Assembly (NCBI GenBank): GCA_021767705.1
Contig: JAASSU010000003.1
Span: forward strand, 1-55,470
Source of the DNA: Bacteroidota bacterium
GTDB taxonomy: Bacteria; Bacteroidota; Bacteroidia; Bacteroidales; JAIPAH01
Length of the DNA: 55,470 nt
Reading direction: 5' to 3'
Shown here: positions 16,824-28,400 of the stretch, piece by piece
Position numbering within the stretch: position 1 is the first letter of the stretch
Layout of the letters: each line of letters opens with the position of its first letter
Made by a program: the position numbers and the translations under genes
The notes under the pieces: model-generated
What the model was told of the DNA's origin: nothing
The model's input: only the letters and a program-made list of their open reading frames with translations
Database searches by the model: none

Positions 16824-17248
16824 AGATACTTATTCTATGCACCGGAAATAGCTGCCGCAGCCAGATGGCAGAGGGCTTCCTGAAATCTTTTGACCAACAA
16901 CTGGAGGTGGTTTCGGCAGGAACAGCCCCCAGCGGACAAGTCCATCCCAAAGCCATCAAAGCGATGACTGAAAAAGGAATCGACATCAGCCAAAACCAAC
17001 CTGAGCCTGTGGAAAAATACCTTTCGCAGGATTTCGATTACGTCATCACTGTTTGCGGCGGAGCGAAGGAGAGTTGCCCTGTTTTTGATGGCAACGTGAA
17101 ACACCAGAAACACATCGGATTCGATGACCCCGCCGAAGCCACTGGCGCTGAAGAAGAAGTGATGAGTGTATTCAGGCGGGTAAGGGATGAGATTGAAAAT
17201 AAATTTCAACTGTTTTATAAAGAAAAACTTGCGCCTGAAGTAAAATAA
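16820..17248 (+). CDS. arsC: Thioredoxin-coupled arsenate reductase (LMW-PTP fold)
   Basis: 'CTGNSCRSQMAEG', resolving cysteines in 'VITVC...ESCP', 'DDPA'; ATGA overlap with arsR. Confidence 0.93.
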   Translation: MKILILCTGNSCRSQMAEGFLKSFDQQLEVVSAGTAPSGQVHPKAIKAMTEKGIDISQNQPEPVEKYLSQDFDYVITVCGGAKESCPVFDGNVKHQKHIGFDDPAEATGAEEEVMSVFRRVRDEIENKFQLFYKEKLAPEVK

Positions 17249-17270
17249 AACCGTGTAAACACCTGTGATT

Positions 17271-18347
17271 ATGCCCAGCCACAAAAAGCTTTCATTCTTA
17301 GACCGCTACCTCACGTTGTGGATTTTCCTTGCCATGATTGCCGGGGTCTTATCCGGCAGGTTTTTCCCTCAGGCGGCAGCCTTTTGGAACAACATGAGCA
17401 GCGGAACCACCAACATTCCCATCGCCATCGGATTGATTGTGATGATGTATCCGCCACTGGCAAAGGTGAAGTACGAGGAGCTTCGGGATGTGTTCCGCAA
17501 CCGGAAAATCCTGTTGCTTTCCCTGGTGCAAAACTGGATTATCGGCCCTGTGCTGATGTTCGGCCTGGCCATTATTTTCTTGCATGATTATCCGCACTAC
17601 ATGGTTGGCCTCATCCTTATCGGGCTGGCCCGTTGCATCGCCATGGTCATCGTCTGGAACGACCTGGCTAAAGGCGATACCGAATACGCCGCCGGACTGG
17701 TGGCTTTCAACAGCATTTTCCAGGTGCTGTTCTTTTCGGTTTATGCCTATGTATTTATTACCATCCTTCCCGGATATTTCGGGCTGGAGGGCAGTGCGGT
17801 GGATATCACCATGGCAGAAATAGCCAAAAGCGTTTTCATCTACCTCGGCATTCCTTTCCTTGCCGGGATGATTACCCGCTTTGCGCTGATAAAGATGAAA
17901 AACAAAGATTGGTACCAACAGAAATTCATCCCCAAAATCAGTCCGCTAACCCTCATAGCCTTGCTGTTCACAATTTACGTAATGTTTTCCCTGAAGGGGG
18001 ATTACATCGTGAAGCTGCCGCTGGATGTGGTGAGAATTGCTATTCCGCTGGTAATCTACTTTGTGGTCATGTTTTTCGTGTCCTTCTTTATCAGCCGCAA
18101 GTTCGGAGCCGGATACTCAAAAACCACCACACTATCGTTTACCGCAGCCAGCAACAATTTCGAACTGGCCATTGCGGTGGCCGTTGCCGTCTTCGGAATT
18201 AATTCGGGCGAAGCCTTTGCCGCTGTTATCGGCCCGCTGGTGGAAGTGCCGGTGCTTATTGCCCTGGTGAATGTGGCATTGCAGTTTCGAAAAAAATATT
18301 TTAAGAAAGAATGTGCCTCCGATGTGGAGACTCAAAATATGATTTGA
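17271..18347 (+). CDS. acr3: ACR3-family arsenite efflux transporter
   Basis: 'LDRYLTLWI', 'MMYPPLAKV', 'ARCIAMV', '[11 protein letters not shown]', 'GPLVEVP'. Confidence 0.97.
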   Translation: MPSHKKLSFLDRYLTLWIFLAMIAGVLSGRFFPQAAAFWNNMSSGTTNIPIAIGLIVMMYPPLAKVKYEELRDVFRNRKILLLSLVQNWIIGPVLMFGLAIIFLHDYPHYMVGLILIGLARCIAMVIVWNDLAKGDTEYAAGLVAFNSIFQVLFFSVYAYVFITILPGYFGLEGSAVDITMAEIAKSVFIYLGIPFLAGMITRFALIKMKNKDWYQQKFIPKISPLTLIALLFTIYVMFSLKGDYIVKLPLDVVRIAIPLVIYFVVMFFVSFFISRKFGAGYSKTTTLSFTAASNNFELAIAVAVAVFGINSGEAFAAVIGPLVEVPVLIALVNVALQFRKKYFKKECASDVETQNMI

Positions 18348-18372
18348 ATCGAAAAACCAAAACAAACAAATT

Positions 18373-18612
18373 ATGGAAATCAAAGTACTGGGCACCGGAT
18401 GCCCCAAATGTAAAAAGCTGGAGCAAAAAACCCGCGAGGCGGTTGACGCTGCAGGTATTGAAGCCAACATCAGCAAAGTGGAAGATATCACTAAAATTAT
18501 GGCTTATGGGATTATGAAGACTCCCGGACTGGTGATTAATGAAGAAGTGGTCTTCTCAGGAAGAATTCCTTCAGAAAAAGAACTGAACGAATTACTCACT
18601 AAAAACCAGTAA
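18373..18612 (+). CDS. Small redox-active disulfide protein (Thioredoxin_3/MTH895-like)
   Basis: 'IKVLGTGCPKC', 'YGIMKTPGLVINE...GRIPS'. Confidence 0.9.
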   Translation: MEIKVLGTGCPKCKKLEQKTREAVDAAGIEANISKVEDITKIMAYGIMKTPGLVINEEVVFSGRIPSEKELNELLTKNQ

Positions 18613-18615
18613 ACC

Positions 18616-19026
18616 ATGAAAGCCATAAAATTTTTAGTGCTGCTAATCGTCACAGCAATGATGGGCACATCGTGCTCCGCGCAATCCGAAAAATCTTCTG
18701 AAAAAATAGCTGTCGCAGCAAACGACGAGGTGCAGGTGTACTATTTTCACAACACCCGGCGCTGCGCTACCTGCAAGGCCGTGGAATCAGAAACGCAAAA
18801 AATCCTGAAGGAAGCTTATGGCGACAAGGTGGCCTTTACTTCCCTGAATCTTGAAGAAAAGGCAGGCGAGGAAAAAGCTGAAGAACTGGGCGTTTCCGGA
18901 CAAACGCTGCTCATCGTCTGTGGCGATAAGAAATACAATATCACAAATCACGGATTTATGAATGCCCGCACCAATCCGGAAAAGCTAAAAGATGTGATTC
19001 TGACAAAAATCGATCCGCTGCTCTGA
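18616..19026 (+). CDS. ArsF-like thioredoxin-fold lipoprotein
   Basis: Lipoprotein-type signal ending 'GTSC'; 'VYYFHNTRRCATC' CxxC. Confidence 0.78.
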   Translation: MKAIKFLVLLIVTAMMGTSCSAQSEKSSEKIAVAANDEVQVYYFHNTRRCATCKAVESETQKILKEAYGDKVAFTSLNLEEKAGEEKAEELGVSGQTLLIVCGDKKYNITNHGFMNARTNPEKLKDVILTKIDPLL

Positions 19027-19108
19027 ACCAGTAAGAGCCTGCTCTTTGCCATGATTAGTCCATTATCAGATTACCCGCGGAGCCGGCTTTTTCAAATGCC
19101 TTCAACAC

Positions 19109-19840
19109 ATGGAAGAATTTTTAAGCAACCTGGTCAGCAGCAGCACGCTGCCCTTTGTCACGGCTTTTCTGCTCGGACTGATGACGGCCATCAGTCCGTG
19201 TCCGCTGGCCACCAACATCACAGCCATCGGATTCATCAGCAAAGATGTCACCAACAAACGCAAGGTATTCATCAACGGCCTCGTTTATACCGCAGGACGT
19301 GCCCTTGCCTACACCGTTCTGGCGATGATCATTTTTGTAGGTGCCGATCAGTTTGAGCTCTCAGGATGGTTCCAGCAGTATGGCGAAAAAATAATTGGTC
19401 CGATACTTATTGTTATTGGTCTTTTTATGCTGGGAGTTATCCAACTGAACTTGCCGGGATTAGGTTCGTGGTCAGAGAAATTGCAGAAAAAGCCCAACTT
19501 CTCTTACTTCGAAGTTTTGTTGCTGGGCATCGTGTTTGCCCTGGCTTTCTGCCCGTACAGCGGAGTGCTGTATTTTGGGATGCTCATCCCGATGACCATC
19601 TCAAGTGCTTCAGGACTTTACCTTCCGGTGATTTTTGCCATCGCAACCGGGATACCGGTTATCCTTTTCGCCTGGCTCATTGCATTTACCGTTTCCGGGA
19701 CAGGCAAAACATACAACAAGCTGAAAGCATTCGAGTTCTGGTTCCGGAAAACCATCGCCATCCTGTTTATTCTCGTAGGCGTTTACTATGTATTAATAGT
19801 GTACTTCCCGGATTTACTGTCAATCATAAATATTTCCTGA
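19109..19840 (+). CDS. ArsG-like / CcdA-DsbD-type membrane protein
   Basis: 'LGLMTAISPCPLATN' and 'FALAFCPYSG' paired membrane cysteines; about 6 TM segments. Confidence 0.8.
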   Translation: MEEFLSNLVSSSTLPFVTAFLLGLMTAISPCPLATNITAIGFISKDVTNKRKVFINGLVYTAGRALAYTVLAMIIFVGADQFELSGWFQQYGEKIIGPILIVIGLFMLGVIQLNLPGLGSWSEKLQKKPNFSYFEVLLLGIVFALAFCPYSGVLYFGMLIPMTISSASGLYLPVIFAIATGIPVILFAWLIAFTVSGTGKTYNKLKAFEFWFRKTIAILFILVGVYYVLIVYFPDLLSIINIS

Positions 19841-19841
19841 T

Positions 19842-21161
19842 ATGGAAAACAAGAAAGAAGTAAAGATACTGCTCTGGATGGCGATACTTTTCCTTATCGC
19901 CTATTACCTTCCTTTAGGTGCGGAGCGTTTTAACACGGCCATTTTTGCAGCCCTCGACCTTACAAAGTGGTATGCCCGCGAGCACGTGATTTTATGCCTG
20001 CTGCCCGCCTTTTTCATTGCGGGAGTCATTGCGGTATTTGTCAGCCAGGGCGCGGTGATGAAATACTTTGGTGCCAAAGCAAAAAAGTGGGTGGCTTATT
20101 CGGTGGCTTCAGTGTCAGGCACTATTCTGGCGGTTTGCTCCTGCACAATTTTGCCTTTGTTTTCGAGCATTCACAAACGCGGTGCAGGACTGGGGCCTGC
20201 GTTGGCTTTTCTGTATTCCGGACCGGCCATCAATATCCTGGCGATTATCCTTACAGCAAGAATTCTTGGTATAGAAATGGGTATCGCCCGCTTCATCGGG
20301 GCGGCGGTATTTGCTATCGTCATCGGTTCGACCATGTCTTTATTTTATCGAAAGGAAGAAAAAGCGAAAAAGGAAGAACAACTGAATTTTCCGGAAACCC
20401 CGGAGAAAAGACCCATGTGGCAAACGGCTTTTCACTTTTTTACCCTCGTGGCAATCCTGGTATTTGCCAACTGGGGCAAGCCTGCCGATGGAGTAACTGA
20501 AGGAGCGTGGTATTGGATATGGGCCAACAAGTGGTGGATATCTTCAGGATTTGGAGCGATGTTAATATTTTCGCTGATCTACATCCTGAAAATAAATTGG
20601 GCGCATGTGCTCATGGCAACGGCTGCCACTGCAGTTGCTGCCTTGCTTACCGGCTCACCCATGCTTACGGTGGTAGTAGCCATCGCCGGACTCAGCCTCG
20701 TCACGCTTACCGACAAAAAAGATCCGGATAACAAGGAATGGACCTTGTCATCGTGGGATTTTGTCAAGCAGATCATGCCTCTCCTTGCCATCGGCGTTTT
20801 AGTGGCGGGATTTCTACTGGGATCGACACATGGCGACACCAATATTCCGGGGATTATTCCGGAGCATTGGATTGCCAACCTTGTAGGTGGCAACTCGGTT
20901 TTTGCCAACTTTTTTGCCAGCATTGTGGGTGCATTCATGTATTTTGCCACGCTCACCGAAGTGCCCATCCTGCAAGGCCTGCTGGCAGCAGGAATGGGAA
21001 AAGGCCCGGCCCTGGCACTGCTGCTCGCAGGGCCCTCGCTTTCCCTGCCCAACATGCTGGTGATCCGCGGCGTGATGGGCACACAAAAAACCTTGGTATA
21101 TGTAGGTTTGGTGGTAATCATGGCAACCGCTTCAGGTATTATCTACGGAAGTCTTTTTTAA
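19842..21161 (+). CDS. arsP: ArsP-like permease (DUF318)
   Basis: 'LAVCSCTILP', 'FLYSGPAIN', 'MYFATLTEVP', 'LLAGPSLSLP'. Confidence 0.85.
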   Translation: MENKKEVKILLWMAILFLIAYYLPLGAERFNTAIFAALDLTKWYAREHVILCLLPAFFIAGVIAVFVSQGAVMKYFGAKAKKWVAYSVASVSGTILAVCSCTILPLFSSIHKRGAGLGPALAFLYSGPAINILAIILTARILGIEMGIARFIGAAVFAIVIGSTMSLFYRKEEKAKKEEQLNFPETPEKRPMWQTAFHFFTLVAILVFANWGKPADGVTEGAWYWIWANKWWISSGFGAMLIFSLIYILKINWAHVLMATAATAVAALLTGSPMLTVVVAIAGLSLVTLTDKKDPDNKEWTLSSWDFVKQIMPLLAIGVLVAGFLLGSTHGDTNIPGIIPEHWIANLVGGNSVFANFFASIVGAFMYFATLTEVPILQGLLAAGMGKGPALALLLAGPSLSLPNMLVIRGVMGTQKTLVYVGLVVIMATASGIIYGSLF

Positions 21162-21203
21162 GTTCCTTCATGAGCACGGTAATACAGGTTCAAAGAATCA
21201 TTG

Positions 21204-21317
21204 TACTTTTGCAACGATATTAAGACATGGTTTGTGACATCTTGTCATATTTAAATATCTACAGATGTTCAGGATTCACTCATTTAACAAATTCTTAAGA
21301 ATTGGCACAAAATTAGT
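21204..21317 (+). promoter_or_regulatory. trxB regulatory region: TACTTTTG -7 element, TGACATCTTGTCA palindrome and sigma54-like TGGCAC element
   Basis: TACTTTTG 21204-21211; TGAC-N5-GTCA 21235-21247; TTGGCACAAAATTAGT 21302-21317. Confidence 0.5.
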
Positions 21318-21362
21318 GATGCCTGAAGCAAAAATTTAAGAATCATTAAAAAACAAAATAAA

Positions 21363-22322
21363 ATGGCTGAAGAATTCGAAAAAGTACGTTGTTTAATCAT
21401 AGGTTCCGGTCCTGCCGGATACACTGCCGCTGTTTACGCTGCAAGAGCTGATTTGCATCCTGTCCTTTACCAGGGAATGGAACCCGGCGGACAGTTGACC
21501 ACCACCACAGATGTGGATAACTACCCGGGCTATCCTGAAGGAGTGGAAGGCCCTCAGATGATGGAAGATTTTAAAAGGCAGGCCGAACGCTTTGACACGG
21601 ATGTGCGCATGGGATTTATTACAGAAGTGGATTTCTCTGAGCGCCCGTTTAAGGTGAAGGCCGACGATGGCAAAAGCATTATTGCCGACACTGTAATTAT
21701 CGCCACAGGAGCGTCCGCAAAATACCTCGGACTGCCATCCGAAGAAAAATTTAAAGGCGGGGGCGTTTCGGCCTGCGCTACCTGCGACGGATTTTTCTAC
21801 AAAGGGTTAAATGTAGCTGTTGTGGGTGGTGGCGACACTGCTGTGGAAGAAGCCACCTACCTTGCCAACCTCGCCAAAAAAGTATACCTCATCCACCGCC
21901 GCGATGAGCTCAGAGCTTCTAAAGCCATGCAAAAGCGTGCTTTCAACACCGAAAACATTGAAATTATCTGGAACCACAATGTTATTGAAGTGCTTGGCGA
22001 AGAGTCGGCTTTCAACAAGAAAGTTACCGGAGCCAAACTCCAGCACTCTGAAACCGGAGAAATTAAGGAAATCCAAATTGACGGTTTCTTCCTCGGCATC
22101 GGCCACAAGCCAAACACCGACATCTTTAAAGGCCAGATTGACATGGACGACAACGGCTATATCAAAACCAAGCCGAACATGACACACACCAACGTTCCGG
22201 GTGTTTTCGCTGCCGGCGACGTGAAAGACCCAATCTACCGCCAGGCGGTCACCTCAGCAGGTAGCGGCTGCCAGGCTGCCATGGATGCAGAGCGCTTTTT
22301 GGGTGAAGTGGAAAATGAATAA
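21363..22322 (+). CDS. trxB: Thioredoxin-disulfide reductase
   Basis: 'IIGSGPAGYTAA', 'GGQLTTT', 'SACATCDG', 'GGGDTA.EEA', 'YRQAVTSAG'. Confidence 0.97.
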   Translation: MAEEFEKVRCLIIGSGPAGYTAAVYAARADLHPVLYQGMEPGGQLTTTTDVDNYPGYPEGVEGPQMMEDFKRQAERFDTDVRMGFITEVDFSERPFKVKADDGKSIIADTVIIATGASAKYLGLPSEEKFKGGGVSACATCDGFFYKGLNVAVVGGGDTAVEEATYLANLAKKVYLIHRRDELRASKAMQKRAFNTENIEIIWNHNVIEVLGEESAFNKKVTGAKLQHSETGEIKEIQIDGFFLGIGHKPNTDIFKGQIDMDDNGYIKTKPNMTHTNVPGVFAAGDVKDPIYRQAVTSAGSGCQAAMDAERFLGEVENE

Positions 22323-22342
22323 AAGGGTTAACAACTTTTCGG

Positions 22343-22381
22343 AAAGCCGGTAGCAAAAACTACCGGCTTTTTTTATCTTTG
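22343..22381 (+). terminator. trxB intrinsic terminator whose T-tract runs into a TATCTTTG promoter element
   Basis: AAAGCCGGTAG-caaaaa-CTACCGGCTTTTTTT, then TATCTTTG at 22374-22381. Confidence 0.8.
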
Positions 22382-22448
22382 ACAGTAAGATTTTAATTCA
22401 ACCGTTTAAAACCAAAGATAAAAAGCAACTATAAAGTATTCATTCTCT

Positions 22449-25400
22449 ATGATCAAAAACCTCAGGGCCCTGTTTGCCCTTGTTCTACTGGCCAGCAGCT
22501 CATTTGCACAGGACTTTGAAGTCGCTATCGATGCTTCGTCAACAAGTGTCTGCGGCGATAGTCAAGTCAACCTCACCGCCCTTCCGGTAGCCGTCGGTGG
22601 AGGTATTGGCGACGAACAAACACAGGGCGAAAGGCCAACTATTACAATCACCTTCGCAGAAGAAATATCCAGCCAGGACTTTTCCATCCACAAAGCAGAT
22701 CTGAAATATGATAAAAGTTTTGCGTATTCAATACAAATCGATGACGGTCTCACTCACATTATTGATATTGCTTATCCACTATTTGAAGGCGGTAACCTTG
22801 ATGGTGAACAAGTGCCGGGACTTGCCTCGACAGATGGCTGTGGTAATGACGTGAATTTCAAAATGGCTACTGCACATTACTCATGGAACAACTACAACCA
22901 GGAAGATATGCATGATCCTGATAATGGGTACAATGATTTAGGTGACAACGGCACCATTACCTGGGAAGAAATGATTGAGTTGTATCAAAACGGATGGGGT
23001 ATTTACAACCATGGGTTTCATGACAACGGAACTGAAGGTGGATTACAGTACACCATCATGCGAAATCATAGCTTTACCAAACGAAATACTCACCCGGAGG
23101 TTGCTGGTGGAATCAACATGAACCTCTTCGTCATTCCCGGCAGTGCGGTTGAAATGGGAGATGTAGCTTTGGAAAACGGCTACAACCAAGTGCTTTCAGC
23201 AAATTATTCCGGGGGCGTCTATTACGATGTAAACAACGATAATTATTACAACGTAGAAATGACAAGGCAGTTTGGGCTTAGCACAATCTTACCTACCGTT
23301 GAAGCACTTGCCGATGCCGCCCAAAACGGAACAAAAGGAATGGCAACTACAGGTATGCATCAGTTATCAATGCCCGATTTCAGGGAGGCTGTAGAAGAAA
23401 TCGAGCAAACTTATGGCAAATCCGGTTCCGATGACATCTGGTTTACCACATCCGAAGAAGTTATTCAATACCTTTACGTCAGAGACCACATTGAAATCCA
23501 GGAATCTGTTTCAGGCAATACCGTTACTTTGACGCTTCAAAACGTTCTCCCCACCGACCTGCGCTTTTATGCCTTATCGTTATTGATCGACTCGGACGTT
23601 GAAATCACCAACGTAGAAATCCAGAATGGATTTAACCACAGCTACAACACCAGCTATGGCGACAGCACCCTTATCAACCTGAACTGGGACGAAAGCCTTT
23701 ACCAAACACCCGAAGAATTAGCCGAGGAAGCTATCTCCGCCACGGAAGAAAGCCAGGACAGCTACGATGCGCTTATCGCGATGGACTATCTCGAAATGAT
23801 TGAAGATACCGTAACGCGCAATTATTTCAAGGCGCAGCTTTGCGCTATACCTGGCATTTCCTTGCCGGATGGCTACTGCTCCGGAACATCATCCTACACT
23901 TTTGAGTGGTCAGCCAACGGAGAGCTGATCTCCAACGAACCCGGCATAGTAGTCAGTCCGGGCACCACAACAGAGTATATTGCCACCATCAGCACAGAAA
24001 GCAGCAGTGCCAGCGAGTCAGTGGAAATCAGCGTCAGCACACCGCCTTCCGTTGCTGCCTCAGCCCCGTCCCAGGCATGCTCCAACAACGCTATTCAACT
24101 ATCCGCGGAAGCGGATAATTATTCCGGATTTCAATGGTCCGGCACCGGAGATGGAAGTTTTGGAAATCAAAACCAATTGGAAAGCACATACATTGCCGGC
24201 GAACAGGATATCAATGAAGGACAGGTTAAACTCTATGCCAGTGCCTCCTCCGAAGGTTGCACTACCGCCATCGATTCTGTTACTATCGGGTTTAATCCAC
24301 TTCCTGAAATCAGTATGGATAATGAAGCCACCACCTGTGAAGATGAAGCTTATGACATTGAAATCTCTACTGAAAATACCAGCACTGTAACCTGGTCCAG
24401 TTCGGGCGATGGTTTCTTTAACAGCACCTCCGGCACATCCACCACCTACATGCCCGGCACATCGGATATCAGCAACGGGGCTGTGACTCTGACAGCCACC
24501 GCCAACAGTGGGTCAACTTGCAGCTACACTACCACCGGGGACTTGCTCCTTGAAGTGGTTTCCAACCCCGCAGCTAATGCCGGGGAGAATGCACAGGTTT
24601 GCCAGAGTGTCAGTAATATCACCCTGGAGGGAGAGGCAGAACACTTTAGCAGCGCTTCGTGGAGCACCTCAGGAAGTGGTAGTTTCGAAAGTAACGGGCT
24701 AATAGCCGTTTACGTCCCTTCAGAAGAAGATAAAATTTCAGGACAAGTAACATTTTCCTTAAATGTGCAGCCTCTTGCGCCATGTTCAAGCGATGCCTCT
24801 GATGAAAAAACTATCAGCTTTGCTATGCCTCCTGAAGTGGATGCTGGTAACGACACTACTGCTTGTTTTGGTATTCCTTTTTCTTTAAACGGTACAGCCA
24901 CAGGCGAAGGTTCCTTCTACTGGACTACCACCGGGAATGGCACTTTCGTAAACAGTCAGGCACTTTCAACCTATTACAATTTCGGAACTTATTTCCAGGA
25001 AAACCATGAGGTGACACTAACCCTTCACGGAACAGTTACAGGAGAATGCGAGGACGAGAACATCAGCTCAATAACACTTACCCAACCCGAGGTGCCTGAA
25101 ATTTCGGCTGGTGACGATGGCGAGATGTGTGTTAGTTACCCCTCCTACCAATTGCAGGGAAGCATAAGCGATACTACGGCAGAATTTTACTGGATTACCC
25201 AGGGCGATGGATACTTCAGTGACACCACTATTCTCAACCCGCTTTATTTTCCCGGCCCTGAGGAACTTGCCCAGGGCAATGCCTATCCAGGCATGCGACT
25301 GGCAGGAGGAGGTGAATGCTACAACACAGTGAGTGATGACTTTATGCTGCTGAGCATTGTTCCGGAACCGGATGCATCCATCACTTCAGATCAAATAATT

Positions 25401-28400
25401 TGTATGGATGAATCTGCCTTGCTCACGGCTAATGCCACAAACTACGATTCGTTGAGCTGGACTACCGCAGGCGACGGTTCTTTTGGAAACCCGGACCACC
25501 TGCAAACAGAGTATTTTCCGGGCTCATCAGATGAAAACAACCAGCAGGTTAAAGTATATTTTGAAGCTTTCAGCACGCTGTCATGCGAGGCAACAGCCAT
25601 TGATTCAGCATACGTTTTTATTTACGACCTCCTGTTGGCCGACGCCGGAGATGATGACACCGTTTGTCCGGGAGGAAACACTTTTACCTGCGACCCAACC
25701 GTGAACAACGCCTCGCAGGTATCCTGGAGCTCAAGCGGAAGCGGGAGTTTTTATAACCCCGAAATCCCCGGTGCCACCTACTTTATCAGTGACGAAGATC
25801 GCAGTAATGGTGAAGTTACCCTTTACCTTGAAGCTACTTCCCAAACCACCTGCAATCAATTTGTTACAGACTCCTTAAAGCTTTTCTTCCCTGCATCGCC
25901 CACAGTAGACGCCGGAGAGGACCAAACAATCTGCAGCAGTACTCTGGTTGAACTTTCCGCAACTTCTGAAGGAAGCTCAGGTATTTTTTGGCAAACCAGC
26001 GGAGATGGCTTCTTTTCGGATGCGAACAGCCTTGAGACTTTTTACACGCCCGGAAGTAACGATATTTCATCCGGATCGGTCACACTAAATGTTCTTGCCA
26101 CGAGCGCAGGCCCATGCCAGATTCAAACATCCGATTTCTTAACCGTCACAATCGAAGAGCCCCAAAACGTACAGATTACGGCATCCCCAGAGAGCATCAC
26201 TGCAGGAGATACGGTTGAACTTACTGCCAATCCCTCAGAAAACCATCTTTTCAGTTGGCAGTTAATCAATGGATCCAATAACCTGACAACATACTCAGGT
26301 CCAAATACCACTTACCCTTCTGTATTGGCTGATACGCTTCAGCCAGTTCAAATCACGGTTTTTGCATCAGGGACCGGGGTTTGTCAGAGCACCTCCACCG
26401 ATACGGTATCAATTGAAGTTGTATCGCCAAATGCCATTTATGCCGGTGAAGATCTGACCGCTTGCAGCAGTGATACTGAAATTGAGCTTTCGGCAGATTA
26501 CAGTGGCAGTGACGCTGTAGTCTGGACAAGCAGCGGCGATGGCTCTTTTGAAGATAATCAAGCCCTCAGCACCATTTATTACCCCGGGAGCGATGACATT
26601 CAAAACGGACAGGTAAGCCTGACCATCGCATCGCTAATCAACCCTGGATACGTGAGCGATGAAATTGATGTCTTTTTCAATCTGCCGGTGACTTTGGTGC
26701 TGACGGACAATCTTTACGGATGCTCAGACGACACCGTCTTCTTCAGTGCTGAGGCTTCGAACTATTCTTCTGTTATCTGGGAAACCATAGGGGATGGCGT
26801 ATTCCTGGATCCGGATAATATTTCCACGGGATATATTCCCGGCCCCACTGACGGCCAGCAGGGAGAAACCACCATCACCGCCACCGCTCAGCCCCTCGAA
26901 GGTTGCACAGAGGAGGCTTCGGAAAGTGCGCAGCTCCTGCTCTCCCCTTCGGCTGTGGTGGATGCCGGAGCGGATCAAATAATTTGTGGCGGAGAGCCGG
27001 TCATGCTTGACCAGGCCACGGCAAGCAACTACAGCAGCCTTCAATGGCAATCATCCGGAAACGGGAATTTTGCTGATGAACATGCTCTGAGCACGGTTTA
27101 TTATCCTTCCGGGGATGATTATTCTTCAGGGCAGATATCGCTTACCTTAACAGCCAGCAGCAGCGGCTATTGCCAATCGCAATCACAAAGCTCTCTTTTG
27201 GTCAGTTTCGAGCCTTCTCCCGAAATTATATCGACTGTGGCCGACAGCTCTTGCTATGGATCGGAGGTAAACATTTCCGCGGAAGCGAATAATTATTCTC
27301 TAATAAACTGGATTTCTTCAGGGAATGGTTCCTTCAACGACAACACCGGAATAACGGCAAGCTACATCCCATCGCAGGATGAAGTTGAGCAGGGCTTAGC
27401 TGAAATCATGGCAGTCGCCTCCGGAACAGGCAATTGTTCGTGGCAACAAGACACCGCCGTTGCTCTCATTCACATTATCGCAGAACCACTGGTCGATGCC
27501 GGGGAAGATCTGTTGTCATGCGGGGCAGAGAGTGTATATGTATTCGGTCAAATAGAGAATGGGGCCACGGAAACCATTCAGTGGTCCAGCTCCGGCGATG
27601 GTTCTTTTGAAAACGAAAACCTCTTAAATACTATTTACCATCCCGGTCCGCAAGACATTAGTGACGGAACCGTCAACCTTATACTGCAAGCACAGCCGGA
27701 AGCCCCTTGTGGAGATGTATTCACCGACGAGGCTGTCCTGACCATTAACAACCCGCCTCAAGCCCCCGGAATGCCTTCAGGAAGTGCGGAGGTTTGTAAT
27801 GGAACGAACGAGGTGTTGCTGGAAATCAATGCAGTTGAAGGTGCCACAGAATACCAATGGGTTCTTTTGACCCCCAGCGCGGGTGAGTTCGACCCTGACT
27901 CCACGGGAACAAGCAACGTTCTTTATCTGGATGAAGACTTTACAGGATATTACCAGGTGCGGGTTCGTGCCGGGAATAGTTGCGGCATGAGTGGGTTTTC
28001 AGATTCGTTCGAGGGCGCTGTAAGGCAAAAGCCTGATATTGAGTTTGCAGCCTATCCTTCCACGGTTGTGTGCCAGGGTGAAATCATCGAACTGGAAGGA
28101 AGTTTCGCCTACGACTCTCTTTATCAGTGGAGCCCCGGAAACTATCCGGATACTGCCGTCATCATGGTAGATTCATCAGGCCATGTGGAGGGCAACAAAA
28201 CCATGGCTCTCACAGCCACCAACACGTATGGCTGCCAAAGCACTGACAGCATCAACCTGCATTTTACGGTGTGCACCCACATCCCGGCAAGGCATGAAAA
28301 CAGCTTCAAAGTTTGGCCGGTCCCTTCCGACAATGAAGTGTTTATAAGTTATCATAAAGAAGCAGACATAGAAATCTTCAACCGACAGGGGAAATTAGTG

